Assembly: GCA_965202585.1 (NCBI GenBank)
Contig: OZ241830.1
Coordinates: forward strand, 20,646,001-20,710,000
DNA from: Thalia democratica
Taxonomy: Eukaryota
Direction of reading: 5' to 3'
Length of the DNA stretch: 64,000 nt
Positions 48,779-62,600 of this stretch are shown piece by piece. The notes below the pieces were generated by a model that was not told the origin of the DNA, did no database searches, and worked only from the letters and a program-made list of their open reading frames with translations. The position numbers and the translations under genes are program-made. Each line of letters starts with the position of its first letter. Position 1 is the stretch's first letter.

Positions 48779-49080
48779 AGAAGGTAAGGCAACGTGCGGC
48801 TTGCCAGTAGAGATATTTGACCCGCGATATATTTTCAGCTAGATAATAAATCAAGTAAAATAGAGCGTTTAGTAATAATTATTTGAAATAAGCTATTAGC
48901 TTGATTCCAGTAGTAGTGCATTATAAATGACGTATTTACCACAATTTTGCTTTTAAATGACAACTTTATTCAATTTTTGTAAATATCGCGGTCCTCTACA
49001 ATTTTAGATTAACAAGTCCGGCCCATCAAGATTTTGTTTGGTATATCTTGCCCGCCGCATGTAAAGTTTTACCACCAACA
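48779..49080. mobile_element. Decayed hAT/Charlie-type MITE
   Basis: AGGTAAGGCAACGTGCGGC start, internal GCCCGC/CCGGCCC motifs and a degenerate AAAGTTTTACCACC end. Confidence 0.5.
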
Positions 49081-49644
49081 ATATAGAGTGTTTCCATTAT
49101 AAGTTTATTGCGTTTATCCAAAAGTTATCTGCAATAAACTATGATAAAGCCTTTCAAACTTTAAAACTGGTGATCCTGAAATAAAACACTCTAACTCATT
49201 GAAACAAAAAAAAAATACAGCATTAAGAAACAATACCACCTACAAAGTTTATTTATAATAATCAATATATTACAAATATCAAACAGTAAAGAAAAAGTTA
49301 TATTTGTAAATAAATTTAATATCTTCAATCTATTTCATAAAAATATATGTGGACAACAAATAATTGCCTAACTGCTGTGTAAGGTTTGTATAAGAAAAGT
49401 TAATTTAGACTAACATTTTCACTTTTGTCTAACAGTTTAAAGTTTTGCTAAAACCATTAGCTAATAGTATGAAATATCAAAATCTATAAAAAGCATTTAG
49501 ACTCAAAGTTTCAAGCTTATGATAAACAGGGAACTTAGTGTAAAACATCATTGCAAATTATAAGATTAAACAAATATTTTAGCTTTTTCTGATTGTTTAG
49601 AAAGTAGTTAGTTTTTAAGTGCTTTTTTTTTCTAACATCTACTC

Positions 49645-49888
49645 CGGGGGTAGGCAACATTTTATAAGTCACGGGCTAATTTTCTTAGAAAAAGCAACTC
49701 GCCGGCCATACTTTTTAGAAAATGTCTTCAGCAGGCGGCAAATAATTAAAGCAATCAACACAAAAATACTGTTTTATCCGATTAAGTTACATACAAGCAA
49801 TAATAAAGAGTTAGTAATTGGTACTTATACAATGTACATACCAAAATGTAAGTTTTTTGCATAGCTTTAAGCAGTTTGCCGATCCCTA
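49645..49888. mobile_element. Decayed hAT/Charlie-type MITE
   Basis: CGGGGGTAGGCAAC ... CAGTTTGCCGATCCCTA, resembling the CAGGGGTCGGCAAAC family. No TSD. Confidence 0.6.
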
Positions 49889-49904
49889 AAGAAAAACACC
49901 TATA

Positions 49905-50620
49905 AAAAAGATGATTAATACTTGAATTCAGAATTAGAAAATGTAACAAAATGGTTAATTGACAACAGGTTTAAAATTAATGTAAATAATAAAAGGTATA
50001 TGCTCTTTCACTATGGTAAAAAAAAAGTATGGAAAAACACAAACTTAGGTATAAAAATAGGTAATTCATCTATATTAAATGTAGAAAATTATAAGTATCT
50101 TGTTGTTACAATTGATAAAAACCTCAATTTGTCTGACCATATTGAAGCAGTAAAAACTAAGTAATTGAAGACAATAGCTGTTTTATATAAAACAATGTAC
50201 TTTTTAAATCAAAATTCGTTGTATTATATCTTTAATTCACTCCTAAATTGTCATGTAACATACGGTTTGTCGTGTCGGGGTAGGACGACAAACCGTGTAA
50301 TACTAAAACTACTGAGATTGATAACCTTGTAAATAGAGCATTAACGTGTATCATTTTAAATATTTGAATGAAAGTGTTAACAGTATAAAAATAGAAAAGT
50401 AAACATTAAATTTTAAAATTGTGTTAAATATTATAATTATAAGTATGAGTTTAAGTTTTTAAACACAAATTTATAAGAGATGCTTTTCCTGTAAACTTTA
50501 AGCCTTACTTTACAAGAGTAAATGAAATTTACAATCATTCATCAAGACTTTAAGAGACAAATTATTATACCCCTAAAGTAAATAGTCTTTACAACAATTT
50601 TAGTTATGAGAATTAGCCAA
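49905..50620 (+). mobile_element. 5'-truncated, decayed CR1/L2-clade LINE (C-terminal part of reverse transcriptase)
   Basis: NSELENVTKWLIDNRFKINVNNK...YKYLVVTIDKNLNLSDHI...K*LKTIAVLYK...L...YIFNSL...TYG matches the typical W..N...N..K / KYLG...D..L.W..HI / YG signature of non-LTR RTs. Stops and frameshifts present. Confidence 0.88.
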
Positions 50621-50889
50621 CATAATTGAGTTATAACATGTATTAGAAGAACTAGATATTTTATTTACTTTTTTAAATACATTTAATCACAAACAAAAAA
50701 AAATTACAGATTGTATTATAGTATTGTATGATTTACAGTTTTTTTATATTCTTGTTTATTGTTATTTGTATATTTAAAGATGAGATATATATTTTTGTTT
50801 TTCACAGCGTTTTTACCACTTCTCCCTTTTAATGTTATTATGGAGCTTTATATTGCATTTTTAGTGGTTGTTCTTTTAAAAAGAGCAAC

Positions 50890-51237
50890 AAGAAAAATGT
50901 GAACGTACATGATTGTAAATATTGAAATCTAATAGAGGAGACAGTATGGTGCCCATGGTAGAATATGGTTTCCATAGTCAATATTGACAGAAATGGGTAT
51001 AAAAACCATTGCTCACCAACTTTTCTTTTTTTTTATAGTTTTGTTTTGAGTTAATTTAAATAATAAAACTTTTAAAAGAAAACAGTTAATTAATAAAAAT
51101 ATTGGTTTTTCATTGATATTTAGTTTCTTTTTTACTGTTTTAATTAAGACTGCTCAAAAATGTTACAAGTTGTATGGTGTGAGGTTTTTCTCCACACCAA
51201 CCCATTGACCATAGTTGTGAGCGTTCACATTTTTCTT
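50890..51237. mobile_element. Possible MITE defined by a 16-bp inverted repeat
   Basis: AAGAAAAATGTGAACG (50890) and CGTTCACATTTTTCTT (51222-51237); TSD not found. Confidence 0.4.
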
Positions 51238-54200
51238 TCGTTTCCTAATCTGAACTAAAACAGTTTTACCTAAAATCTCTACTAACATATTATTTTTTTT
51301 TTTGCTTTCACAGTCCCCTTTTTACTAAAGACAAAAAATAAGCGCTCAAACTTTAGTTAAAATACCTGGTGTACGTTAAAGCCTTTCAGTTGTCGAGATA
51401 TACACCACAGAAACAATTTAATGTGTTTTCCAGAACATTAGTTCAACAAAAACAAAAAAAAAATATTTTAAATGTGTTATTTTAGATAAAATTTACGTGC
51501 TTTTTGTGGGACATGTAAAAGAATTGTAATTGTGTATGTTTGAAAATTAAACTTAAAGTAAAACTTTCAATACTAAAAGCAAAGATAGATAACTAAAAAA
51601 AAAGTATAATCTACTGAGTTTTCTGTTCTTTTTTATTGTAAACTTACTGTAAAATTGCGTTTTATTTAGTACATATCTAATATATTTAGTAGAAATATTT
51701 GTGAAACTGTTACACCTTTCACTTGTTTGACAAACTAAAAAAACTAAAACCCTTAAATTAAACTTATTTATTATAACTAGACAATTACAATTATTACATA
51801 TACTAGACGATTACAAATATTATTACATATAAAAATTATTAAGTTATAATTTATTTAAAGTATACAGACTTTTTGTTTTAGAAAGATGTTACATTCTTAA
51901 ATGGAGGCTAACTAGACTCAGAAATAAAACGTCTATTTTCACACGTATAGTGTATAAGTTAATACAAATGCATAATATAAATGTTTTGAGGTTACTATAA
52001 GGTGTTTATATGATCTTTATTGACCTTGTTTGTTTTAAGCTAAACTTTTTAAACTTCTACTAGACTTTTTTTTTAATTAATTACTAATAAGACTATAAAG
52101 TAGCGAAGTAGTATTAAACTTTTCAAATACTTCGTATCATTTTTACATATTAATGCTACATATTTTGTTTAAGATTAAATACTATTAGTCAGATCAGTTC
52201 AAGATATCATCAAAACTTTATTTTTGATCAGAATATATATTGTAATATTATATCAAATATTTTACTTATAAGCAATTATTTTCATGGTCATTCATATTAA
52301 ACAAATATAAACAACCAAAATAGCAATTTCACTAAAATTATTATATATAATCTATTATTTTACTTTTTGATTTAAAGAAAAAATAAATTGAACGACGTTT
52401 CACGTTGCGGTTTGTATTTTAAACTTAAACAGATTTCGATGATTCCTTTATTTGAAAGCATAAGTTAAAATATTTATAAAAAAAACAATTCAAAGATAGA
52501 AAATAATATTATCTCATTTTCCGAAAAGTAAAAAGCACAGTATTTTAGTTTCCAATGTTATTGATATAATAAAACTATGATCGAAACCTAATTTGTTTTA
52601 AATGATTCACAAAACAACCTATCAAATATCAAAAAAGTACAACAAATTTAAACCGCTATCTTTGATTTTTGCTTGAATAAAATGAAAATGTTATTCTTAT
52701 TTTTGTGCGTAAAAGTAAACATACCAAGGTAAAGTAATTAAATCATGCTATTGTCTGTTTTACCTAAAAAAAATAGTTTAAATGTTTGAATTTTTATTTA
52801 AGCTTAGGAAGTGTTTTAAACACAAATTGACTAAAAAATAAAGTTGTACAAATTTAAAAAGACATGAAACCTTGAAAGGAAAAACTAAAAAGTGTTCTTA
52901 AATATTTTTTAAGAGGGCGAGTTTTCAAATATTTTAAATAAAAGGTTTTCGACAAAATCAATTTATTTGATACTTTTTAATTCTAAAACTATTGTAAAAA
53001 CTGATTTATATTGGCAAAATACATGCAATAATTAGTATTAAACTACAAAGAACTTATAGTCTAGTACTCTAGTGTACATCTTTTCATATGCTTCGAAACA
53101 AAACCAGCAAAAAAAGTTTACTAAAACTAAAATACTTTTATAGTTATTCCTAACGTAAAGTTCAACATCGAAAAAAATTCATTGTAAGACCATAAACCTA
53201 AATAGTCTTAGTTTTTTAAAAACGGTGTTAAATACTTCTTATTACTGTTCAAATTCATATCAAGAATAATAATTTTGTAAAAGTTAGCAAACATTTTAAA
53301 AATTAGACATTTTTATAACAAGATATACTTTTAAAGTTCTTATTATCTTTATAAACTAATTAGGCACAACTTATTTATTTAATAAAAATATTTTTTTTTA
53401 ACTTGGATATAACAAAAAATTTGTTTGAAGTACAAGTTTAAAAATAGTAACTTTGTATGTTTTACATTGATAATAACTACTTAAAATAAGTAATAATAGA
53501 TAAAAGCCTTAGCACTTAAAAAAGACAACTTTAACTACCTGTAGAATATTTTAAAATGTTTTACTATTTCTTTGGGACCTTGTTTTAATTATAAACATTT
53601 TTGTTAGTACTTAGCAGTAAAAGTCCGTTTTAAAATATTTTTTACTACGTTTACCTTTATGATTTCGCTATTAATAAAGTGGTTTGAGTATGACCTTCAA
53701 AAAGTTTTCTTTTAAAGCTCGTTTAGTTGTGCTAATGATTTAATTTCAATCAAATATAATTTAAAGCAAGTTAGAAATTTTAGTTCATGTTATCAAAATT
53801 AAGCTTCTAGAGTTCTTATTAAATACTATACTATAAATGTTAAAACTATTTAAACATTTTTTAAATGTATTAAGGTTTCGTGATGTATAAATAAAAAAAA
53901 CTTAGTAACTAGGTTACTATATGTAAAGTTTTTACAATTCCACTTGTATATGTTTTTTAATAAGTTTTAGTTTATTCACGGTAGGAAGAATTCCGAAAAA
54001 AACAATTCTGAATACTGAATAAAGAATAAAATTTTTTAAGTAATATTCGAGTAATTTGCCCATACTTTATGATGAAAATATGGTTTCAATATTAACATTT
54101 AAATCAAGCTAGCAGTTGGTCTTGATAAGTTAGAATTATTACTTTTTTATTAAAGGGTTTTACTTAAAATTTAAGCTCACACTGCTAATTGAGTTTAATA

Positions 54201-55920
54201 AGGTCTTTCATAAAAAAAAACTTTTATTTTAGTTAGTTACTGTTCAAAAAGTTAAAGTGTTTTTATTTTTTTCTGGTAAAACTTGTAACAACTAACGACA
54301 AAATCAGTATAACTTTTATTTTTATTTTATCAGCCATTATTAAATGTGAATAATTAAAATAAAAAACATTATATAATTTTTTGTTTTAATGTTTTATGCA
54401 ATTAGAACTAACGCAATTTTTATTGCAACTCAATTACATTTAAAAGTAACTTTAACTATTTTATTCTTGACACACTTACCCATTTAAACTTTAACATCCA
54501 TTAATCGAGTACAAAAGTACAGTATATTCATTTTCAAAAATAGATCTCAAAAAATAAGAATTAAAACGTTAGTTTGTTTTCGGAAAAAAGTTGCTAATAA
54601 TAGATAGAAGGGCTACAGTAAAGCCCAATATAACAACAAAACTGTGAATAGTTAGTTGCCGCATATTGTAAAATATGATTTAATTAAAGTTTATAAGTTT
54701 ATATTGCCTTTATAACTTTTTTTAACAACACTACTTGTTTCGTAATAACCTACTTATTTTGCTAAGCAACTAAAAATTTGTCCCTGGTAAAGTTTAAAAT
54801 TCAAATCCAAAAGTTCCTGTGAAAACTGTCATAAAGTTGGAATCACAGCAGGTGTAAATAAAGATGTATCCTAATAACTTAATGTGCGTATTTCACATTC
54901 AAATTTGACGAGCTCGATTAGCATTTTTTTGGAATTTTTAAAAAATTTCCAAACTTTAGATCTAACTATTTTCCTATTTCTAAAGCTTACTAAGATTTTT
55001 CTATTATAAAGAACGCATCTTTGCATTTAAATTTTTTTAAATCCATTGGATTGAGGTTTAAATTTTTGATTATGGCCCCTTAGAAATTTTTTTTTTTGGA
55101 GTTTTTACTCTAACGGATGTTTTAGACAGTATATTTTTTTTAATATTCTTAGTTTACTGTGTTCTGAAGGGTTATTGTTTTTTTTACTAATTTCTCGTAT
55201 TTTTATAATATATACCAACATTCCCGATTGTAAATTTCAAAAACTTTCAATTTTCTAACGGTAACTTAAGCAAAAAAAAATTAACTGATTTTAATACACT
55301 TAATTATGACAATTTTAACTTTTTTACGCTTTTTTGTATCTAAACTGTTTTTATGTTAGACATGACCCATGTACGTTTTAATAAAATTATCATTATTTGA
55401 ACATGAAATCTCTCATTAATAAAATATGAAATTTAAAGTTTTTTGTTAGCTAAAAAAAATAGTATTTAAGAAATTAAACTAAAATAAAAATTAAGTTTTA
55501 ACATTAACAAAGATAAAATTAATGATTTAAAACTTAAAGCTATAATATCAAATTCTAAAAATGTATTTATTCTTTCAAAAATTTATTTTGCAAACTAAGT
55601 TTCGGTCAAAGACCTCGTCAGTGCTTAAATAAATCTAAAAAAAGATATGTGACAGTCATGGAAAATAGCATTTATACAATTAAATTAAAATAAAAACAAA
55701 TTATTACTGAAAATTTTTTAGTTAAGAAACTAAACAAATCAAATTTTAATATTAAGACTGAGTTTTAGTAGAAGTTTAAACTTTTAGCTAAGTTTTAAAA
55801 TCAATATAACAACAATAATAATAATGATCATTCTAAAAATGTTTTAAATTAAATATACATTTATTTGTATGTACAATATTAAACTTTTTGAAAGTCAATA
55901 AAATGCTTTTTTACTGAAAT

Positions 55921-56330
55921 GAACTTTGATACCAGTTACAAAAGTCAACGCCGGTGCATAATAATTTATCTTGCATTTGCACATCAGCGAAACTTGAACT
56001 CTACCGTCGGGTCATTACGCTTCTTATCCGAAACAAAAAAAAACAAACGTAAGCAGAAGCAGTGCCTAGCACACGGTAGCCGCTATCGCGAGTATACACA
56101 ACTCTCAGAAGCGTTTGAAGCATAATGCATAATCACCCTGGTGTATTGTAAAGCGGTAGCCCCGAGATGTTATCACAACAAGATGAAAGATTATTGTTTT
56201 GTGTTAAAAACAAAAGCGATGAGTTGAGTTGAGCCCGGAAGTTAGTTGCTTGAGAATATGTATGAGATTAACGAAGGTTCGTGCTAGTAAATCAGTTTAA
56301 AGTGATATCAAAAGAAGATTGAAAGTTTAA
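55921..56330. promoter_or_regulatory. CpG-richer promoter-like segment
   Basis: GC and CpG content are visibly above the flanks; contains CCGGAAGT (ETS-type motif) at ~56235; no credible ORF. Confidence 0.3.
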
Positions 56331-59300
56331 TTGTAATTAATTTTGAGGTGGTTATGCCACACACGTTTAGTTAGAATAAGCTTTTAGAAGATACTTTTTT
56401 CAATTTATCCTCAATGAGGTTTATAAAAGCTTAGTGATGTTTATGTACTTTTTATAAAATCTTAAATTAATAACTAAGACTTATAAACATTATCAATAAA
56501 TAGAATAATAATAAGTATTTAACAGTTTAAACTGTAAAGTTTTTATATAAAACAAACGACCCACGTAAATTATTTAAAGCAATAAAAACAAAAAAAAAGT
56601 ATTGTCTACTTTAAGTCTTATTTCTTGAGGCAAACTTGAAATAATTTCAAAATTCATTCATTAGTTTGTTATAACTAGGTATTATAGTTCAAACTGTAGC
56701 ATGTAATTTTGATTAAAACTTTATTTTATTTATAACATCAAGTGTTAGTACTTTTTTATTTTAAAAAAGAAAAGTTTTAGTTTTTGATGTTTGGAATATA
56801 GAGAAAAAAATTGTAATAAAATTTTGTTACTTGAAGAAACTAGGAAAAGACACACAAAATGTGAGGTTGCTAAAAACTACTAAATTACTTAACTTACTAA
56901 AGTTAAAATTTCCAAACAAATCACTGCATTTTAAATTAAAATTAATTTTGTTAGGTAATTTGAACTTATTTCTTTTTATTTAAAACTGGAATATTGTTTT
57001 TCTTTAATATATGTTTTTTTTTAACAGACGTGACTTCAAGCTAAAAAATTGAAAAACTAAGACAAAATTTTAATCTTTGGATTTAATCAGTTAATTTTAA
57101 CGCAGTTTTATTTTAGTTTTATTCATTTAGGAGAAACTTATAGTTTTAAGTCTAGCTTAATTGAAAAAACCCATTCAAATGAAGAAAGTGTACTTGCATG
57201 ACTTATACGGCTTATAAATTACAGATAACTCAACTTGTCATTAAGATGATAATTGAAAGTGTTTTATCTCCATCTCCAGTTGTTTGTTTTGATTTAAATA
57301 AACTTGAACGTCTGCAGCTAAGTCGGAAGCTGATTAAGCAGATTTGAACTTTATCATCACTTTCATGTTTACTATCAACTGCACATCGTAGATAAAAGGG
57401 AAACTTAAGTGTTTTTTGCTGAGTAATCATATCTTTGCTGCATTTAGAAATAAAAACAATAACAAACTTGAAATAATAATTATATAAGCATTGAGCAATG
57501 ATATAAATGTTTTTGCTTAAGTTTTTCTATTATTGGATACAAGTATAAAACTTATGTATCATCAATTTTAGCGTATCTATATAGTTTGATGAGTTAGTAA
57601 ACAGTACGAAAGTTTAAACTGAAAAAGTTAAAACTTTATTTTTGTTTTAAATTTATATTAAGGTGAAATATTGCTTTTTGTTGTTGAAAATCTATAAAAT
57701 TATCTTAAATAAAAATAGTTTTAAAATATATATCCTTTTAGAGATGTTTAAAATTATTCTTTTAAATTATTAACAACTTTCTAATTATAACTAAAAAAAT
57801 GTTTATTGTTATCGATATTTTTTGTACTTGTAAGCTTTTTTTTGTTGTTGGTTTTATATAGGCTATCAATCAACAAATAGAAATTTAACACTTTTGATAT
57901 TTTTGTCAACAAAAGACTGTTTATATTTTTACTTGGTTAAACATTTTCCATACTATATTAAACTGTTTAACAAATTAAAACCAATTAAGAAGTGAAACAT
58001 GATAATAAAACACAAATTAATAAAATTAAGTTTACTTAAATTCCATGTGATTTAATGTGAATGGTTATCGAGCTTAGTTTAACTCACATTTATTGTTGCA
58101 TAAAACAGTATTTTTTTTTCTCTTATTAAGCGAAATAGAATTATTTTAGTTTTATTTTTGATCACAGTTGTAGTAAGTACATATGGAAGTTTTTTTTTTA
58201 AGTTTTGTATTTTTATTAGGTAAGCTGGTTAATAACTTTGTCTAATGGTTTAAAATACCTTCAAAAAAATTCAAAGTATTAAACTTTTGGTTTTCTTTGT
58301 TAAATAGTTTAAACATAAATGACTTAACTCTAAAACTATTGTTGATATTATGTTTATTTTCTTTTTTGTAACTATAACAAAACAGCTACTGCAAATTGAT
58401 GTTGTTAAAAATAATTACTTTTTATTGAAAGAAAAATGAAAGCTTTCTCAAGTACTAAATAAATATATTTTTTGTAATTTCTTTTAAGTACTTAAACTTG
58501 CAAAGCAAGCTAGAGCCTAAGCTAGTATTTCTTAAAATTGTATTTTTTTTTTATGAAAAAAAGTATATTTAACAGGCCAAATATTAAAATGTGAAGCTAT
58601 AAATTGGTAGACTTTTTTTTTGCTCAAGTATTGTTAAGTGGAGTGTTGTATTATGTTTTTTTATACATAAACTATTATATATAATTATACTTGTCTTTTA
58701 TTTTTGCTTTAGTTTTTACTGTTAACTTTTTTTACTATCATAGCTTAAAAAATTTAAAATAATTAAATTGTGTGTAACGTTAAACCGTTCGTTTTTTCTC
58801 CAAACCAAATCAATTGACCATATCTATGAGCTTTTTTTTCATTTTAAGATAGATAGTTTTAGTTGAATAAACTTATTGTTAGTAGTATGTCAATATGATA
58901 GCTAGAATTGTGTTTTTTTTATGTATAGTTTTAGTTGTATAGGTTTATTTAGTTATAACATAAGATTTTAAAACATACTTACAAAAAAAAATAAAAATTA
59001 CATTTATACAAATGTTTATAAAACAATGATTCAGTTTTGTAGTTGCTAATTCCTTTACTTTTTTAGGCTATTTTAAGTACTGGATTAAACTTAAGTCAAT
59101 TTAAAACTTTGATTTAAAATTATTTTGTTATCTATTTTTCTCCTTATGTTATGTTAAAATATTTTATATATACATTTACTGCATTTAAGCTTCATTAATT
59201 TAAAGCAAGAGCCTCAGCAGCCAAATCAACAAAAACAAATAAAGTATTCAGCATAGCTACAGTGATAAATGAACAGTTTATTTTCAACTGCAATTTTTAG

Positions 59301-59451
59301 GTGATAAATAAAGTAAAGCTATACAAAAAATATTGAACTATATGTTTTTTGTAATACTTTTTGCACAAGATAGTCGAAAAATCAACTTTGTTAAAACCAA
59401 CTCAGGTCGCTTAAAAAGTTATAGCAAGGTTACAAGCAAAAAAATTAATAT

Positions 59452-59463
59452 CACCACGTGGTG
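59452..59463. promoter_or_regulatory. 12-bp palindrome CACCACGTGGTG (E-box core) upstream of the SPX-like gene
   Basis: Perfect palindrome about 160 bp upstream of the ATG at 59622, inside a GC-richer patch. Confidence 0.4.
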
Positions 59464-59621
59464 GCGCTGCAAACACGCGCTTAAAAGTGTGCGGCAAGCT
59501 CCAAGTTTTGCTTCATTTCAATTTGTCTGCTCCAGGCTGCTTGTATCTGACGTTGAAATTTTTTTTTCAGAGGTTTTTTTGTAACTTTAATTTTGATATT
59601 ATTGTTAGCTGGAGATTGGAG

Positions 59622-62600
59622 ATGAGCCACAGTGACATCATCAACATGACTGGTTAGTTTTTTTTTTTTGCGTCATACATTTGGGTTTACGTAGAAGTAT
59701 GTAAGTTGTAAGCTTGTGTAATTTACAGTTTTTCATAGTTAGTTTATAGCTGCATGTAAGTAAGTTTTAAAATTTTACAAAAATAATTTAATTTGCAATA
59801 ATATAAAATGTTTTGTTTGTAAAAGTATCGTGTTTTTTTATAACGAGTAGTTTGCATACCGCAGTTTAAACTTGAAATTTTTAACACAATGTTTGTTTTA
59901 CTTGTTAAATAGTTGCTACCGCTTTCGCCTAAACTTGTTTGCAGGAAATTTCATTGAATTTCTTACAACTTCTCTACACATTAAAGCTTAAAATGCAATG
60001 TTTGTATTAACAAAATAAATTAACTCTTTCAAAAGAATTTTTTTGTCAAATTAAATGAGTGTGATGCTTGTTTTATCAAAAAACACAGTTTTTTTTTAAG
60101 TTTTAAAACTTAAAAAGAAAATATCAAATTACATTATGCAAGCAAAAACGACTCAAAAAAACTTACCACACAAGCACATTAAGCGAGCGCGTGAAACTTT
60201 CACTTTCTCCCCACCGTGTAATTGCATGCAAATTTACTACTCTGTTAACCTGACTGTGACGTCACAGATGAGAAGAGCGGCAAGGCGAAGTTTTTCAAGC
60301 AGGTGTGCAGGGGGGTGATGTACGTGCCAGTGTGGTTGAAGTACAAGAGTCTGAAGAAAACCATCAGGAGGAGAATCTTGAAGGAGAAACATGCTGATAA
60401 AAATGACGGTTTGTGATTAATTTTTTGTGAGAGGTAAAATTTTTAGAATTTTAGTGATTTAGATAAGCGCTTTTAAATTTCCAAAGAAAATAGTTTGTTT
60501 CACTCAATATTACTTAAAAGCGCTATCTGTTATTTATATAAAACATAGCTTTTACTTAAATTAAATCATATGTATTTAACACTAATTAAAAGTTATTAAA
60601 TCTATGCGAAAAAAAAAAATTCTGATAAGTTTTGTATAGCTTTGATTAAAAAGTTGAATTAAAAGTGAGAACTTCATATTCTCATAAACAGTTAAAATAC
60701 TTATTTATATTGGGCGTTTATTTATAATTTAAGTATTGAAAACTAAACGTGAGTTAATGAAGTAAATGTTGATATAAGTTATTTTAAGCTATAAATACCA
60801 GTTTTTGCCGATTAAGTACAAAAACTAACTGTTTTTTATTTAATATAATTAAATAAGCTTTAAAAGCTTACTTTTATCAATAAACAACATTTATGAGTAT
60901 GTAGAAGAATTTCAAAGTTTACTATCTAAGAATTATCAGTAAACTAAAAAATACATTTGTAATTGGTATAAGAAGTTTGTAAGCTTTTTAGCATAGTTAT
61001 AGAACAAAACGTGCTGAACTTGAGTAACACAATTGTTACATTGCACACGTAATTTTACAGTTTATAATGCTAAAAGCTAATTTCAATCAAAAGTAGAATA
61101 ACCAATTTGTTTTGGTGAATAGGTACAAAAAGTAAGTATAAAAATAGTAGTTTTATTACAAGATTACGGACAATTGTTTTCTGAAGTGAATTCATAGGGC
61201 TCAATTTGAAGAATTAAGTTTGAATTTAGAAATTGTTAAACTGATCGGTTTGTAATTAAAACGTATAAAAGCATTTTTCATTTGGTTAAGTTTGTCTAAA
61301 AATCTTTTCAAAAAAGTAAAAAAAATCGAGAAACAACTAAATATTCTTAAATTATCTCAGTTAAGTTTAAAAACAATAAAAATAAAAACGAATTATAGTA
61401 GAGACTAACACTAAGTATCAGTTTCAACTTATCACTGTGAAATACAAAAACTCATTGTAAAAATGCAAAAGCTTTCGCTAAAGCACCTTTAAACTAACTA
61501 AAGAGTTTCGTTTTACGTAAAACTTTAAAAATAGTTTACATCTAGCATTTTGTGCACTCTTTGTTTTTGCAAAGATTGCATATTAGCGTTTAAGCCTGCA
61601 AATTTGACACGTCACTGGATTTTAGTTTTCATTTTATTTTTATAGACGTTCTTTAAGACCAAGTAAAACGTGTCAAGTTTGCAAACGTTAGCTGCAAATC
61701 GAAAGTGTATATTGCAGTGTTTACAGTAAGCAGTGTGTGAAAGCACATGGGCTGTTTTGACTACAATTTTGTTGATATCATCTCAATATATGATCACACA
61801 GCTTCCTGTACTTATCCGGTTTCGTTGAGGTCACTTGCAACAGAATATGTTTTGGTATAGGCAGTTGAGTTAATAATTATTTTCCTTTTATCTCATCCTT
61901 ACTAAGTGACTTGGAAAATTTGAGTTTTGACGAAAATCTTTATGATTGAAAACTATTAGTACAGACTTGTACTAATATAATTTAATTTTGAAAGTTAAAA
62001 AATGGTTTTATGCAAGAAAACTCTTTTTCAGTTTATCAATTATATATATAAAAGTAAAAAAAAATTTACGTGGAACAAAATGCTGGTATGTGCGAAAACT
62101 AAGATGTGAAATGAGTTTGCGAAGTATTTCTTTCAGATTAAAATCAATGAGTAGCACATAATTACATAAAGGGTTTTTGGATTTTAACCAACTCCTATAT
62201 AATCCGAAATTGTTTATCGCTACATAGTAAGACAACGATTGGTTTTTTAATCTTGCGAAACACTTCAATGACTTAAAGTTTACAGAAATAGCTCCAAAAT
62301 TATTAAATCTTTTGTATATTTATTTTTGAAGGATTTGACGATTTTGTTGCAAAACAAATTTTATTAAAGACTTTTATTTTATTAAAAGCTTTTTTATTGA
62401 AAAACTTTATTCAAATTATTTATGTATTCTATCTATAACTTTTGGTAATTTGTGATGGAGTAAAAACAAAATATTTAGTATGAATTTACAGACAAAATTT
62501 TATAACACATGTTAGAACAACATTAAATAAAACTTTTTTTTTAATTACTTACAAAAGTTTTAACCTTAAAATATGATAAACAGTTAGACTAAAATAAACT

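Noticed and set aside
57230-57430. 66-aa minus-strand ORF as a gene
   Set aside because: No motif and no connecting exons found; kept only as part of a low-interest finding.
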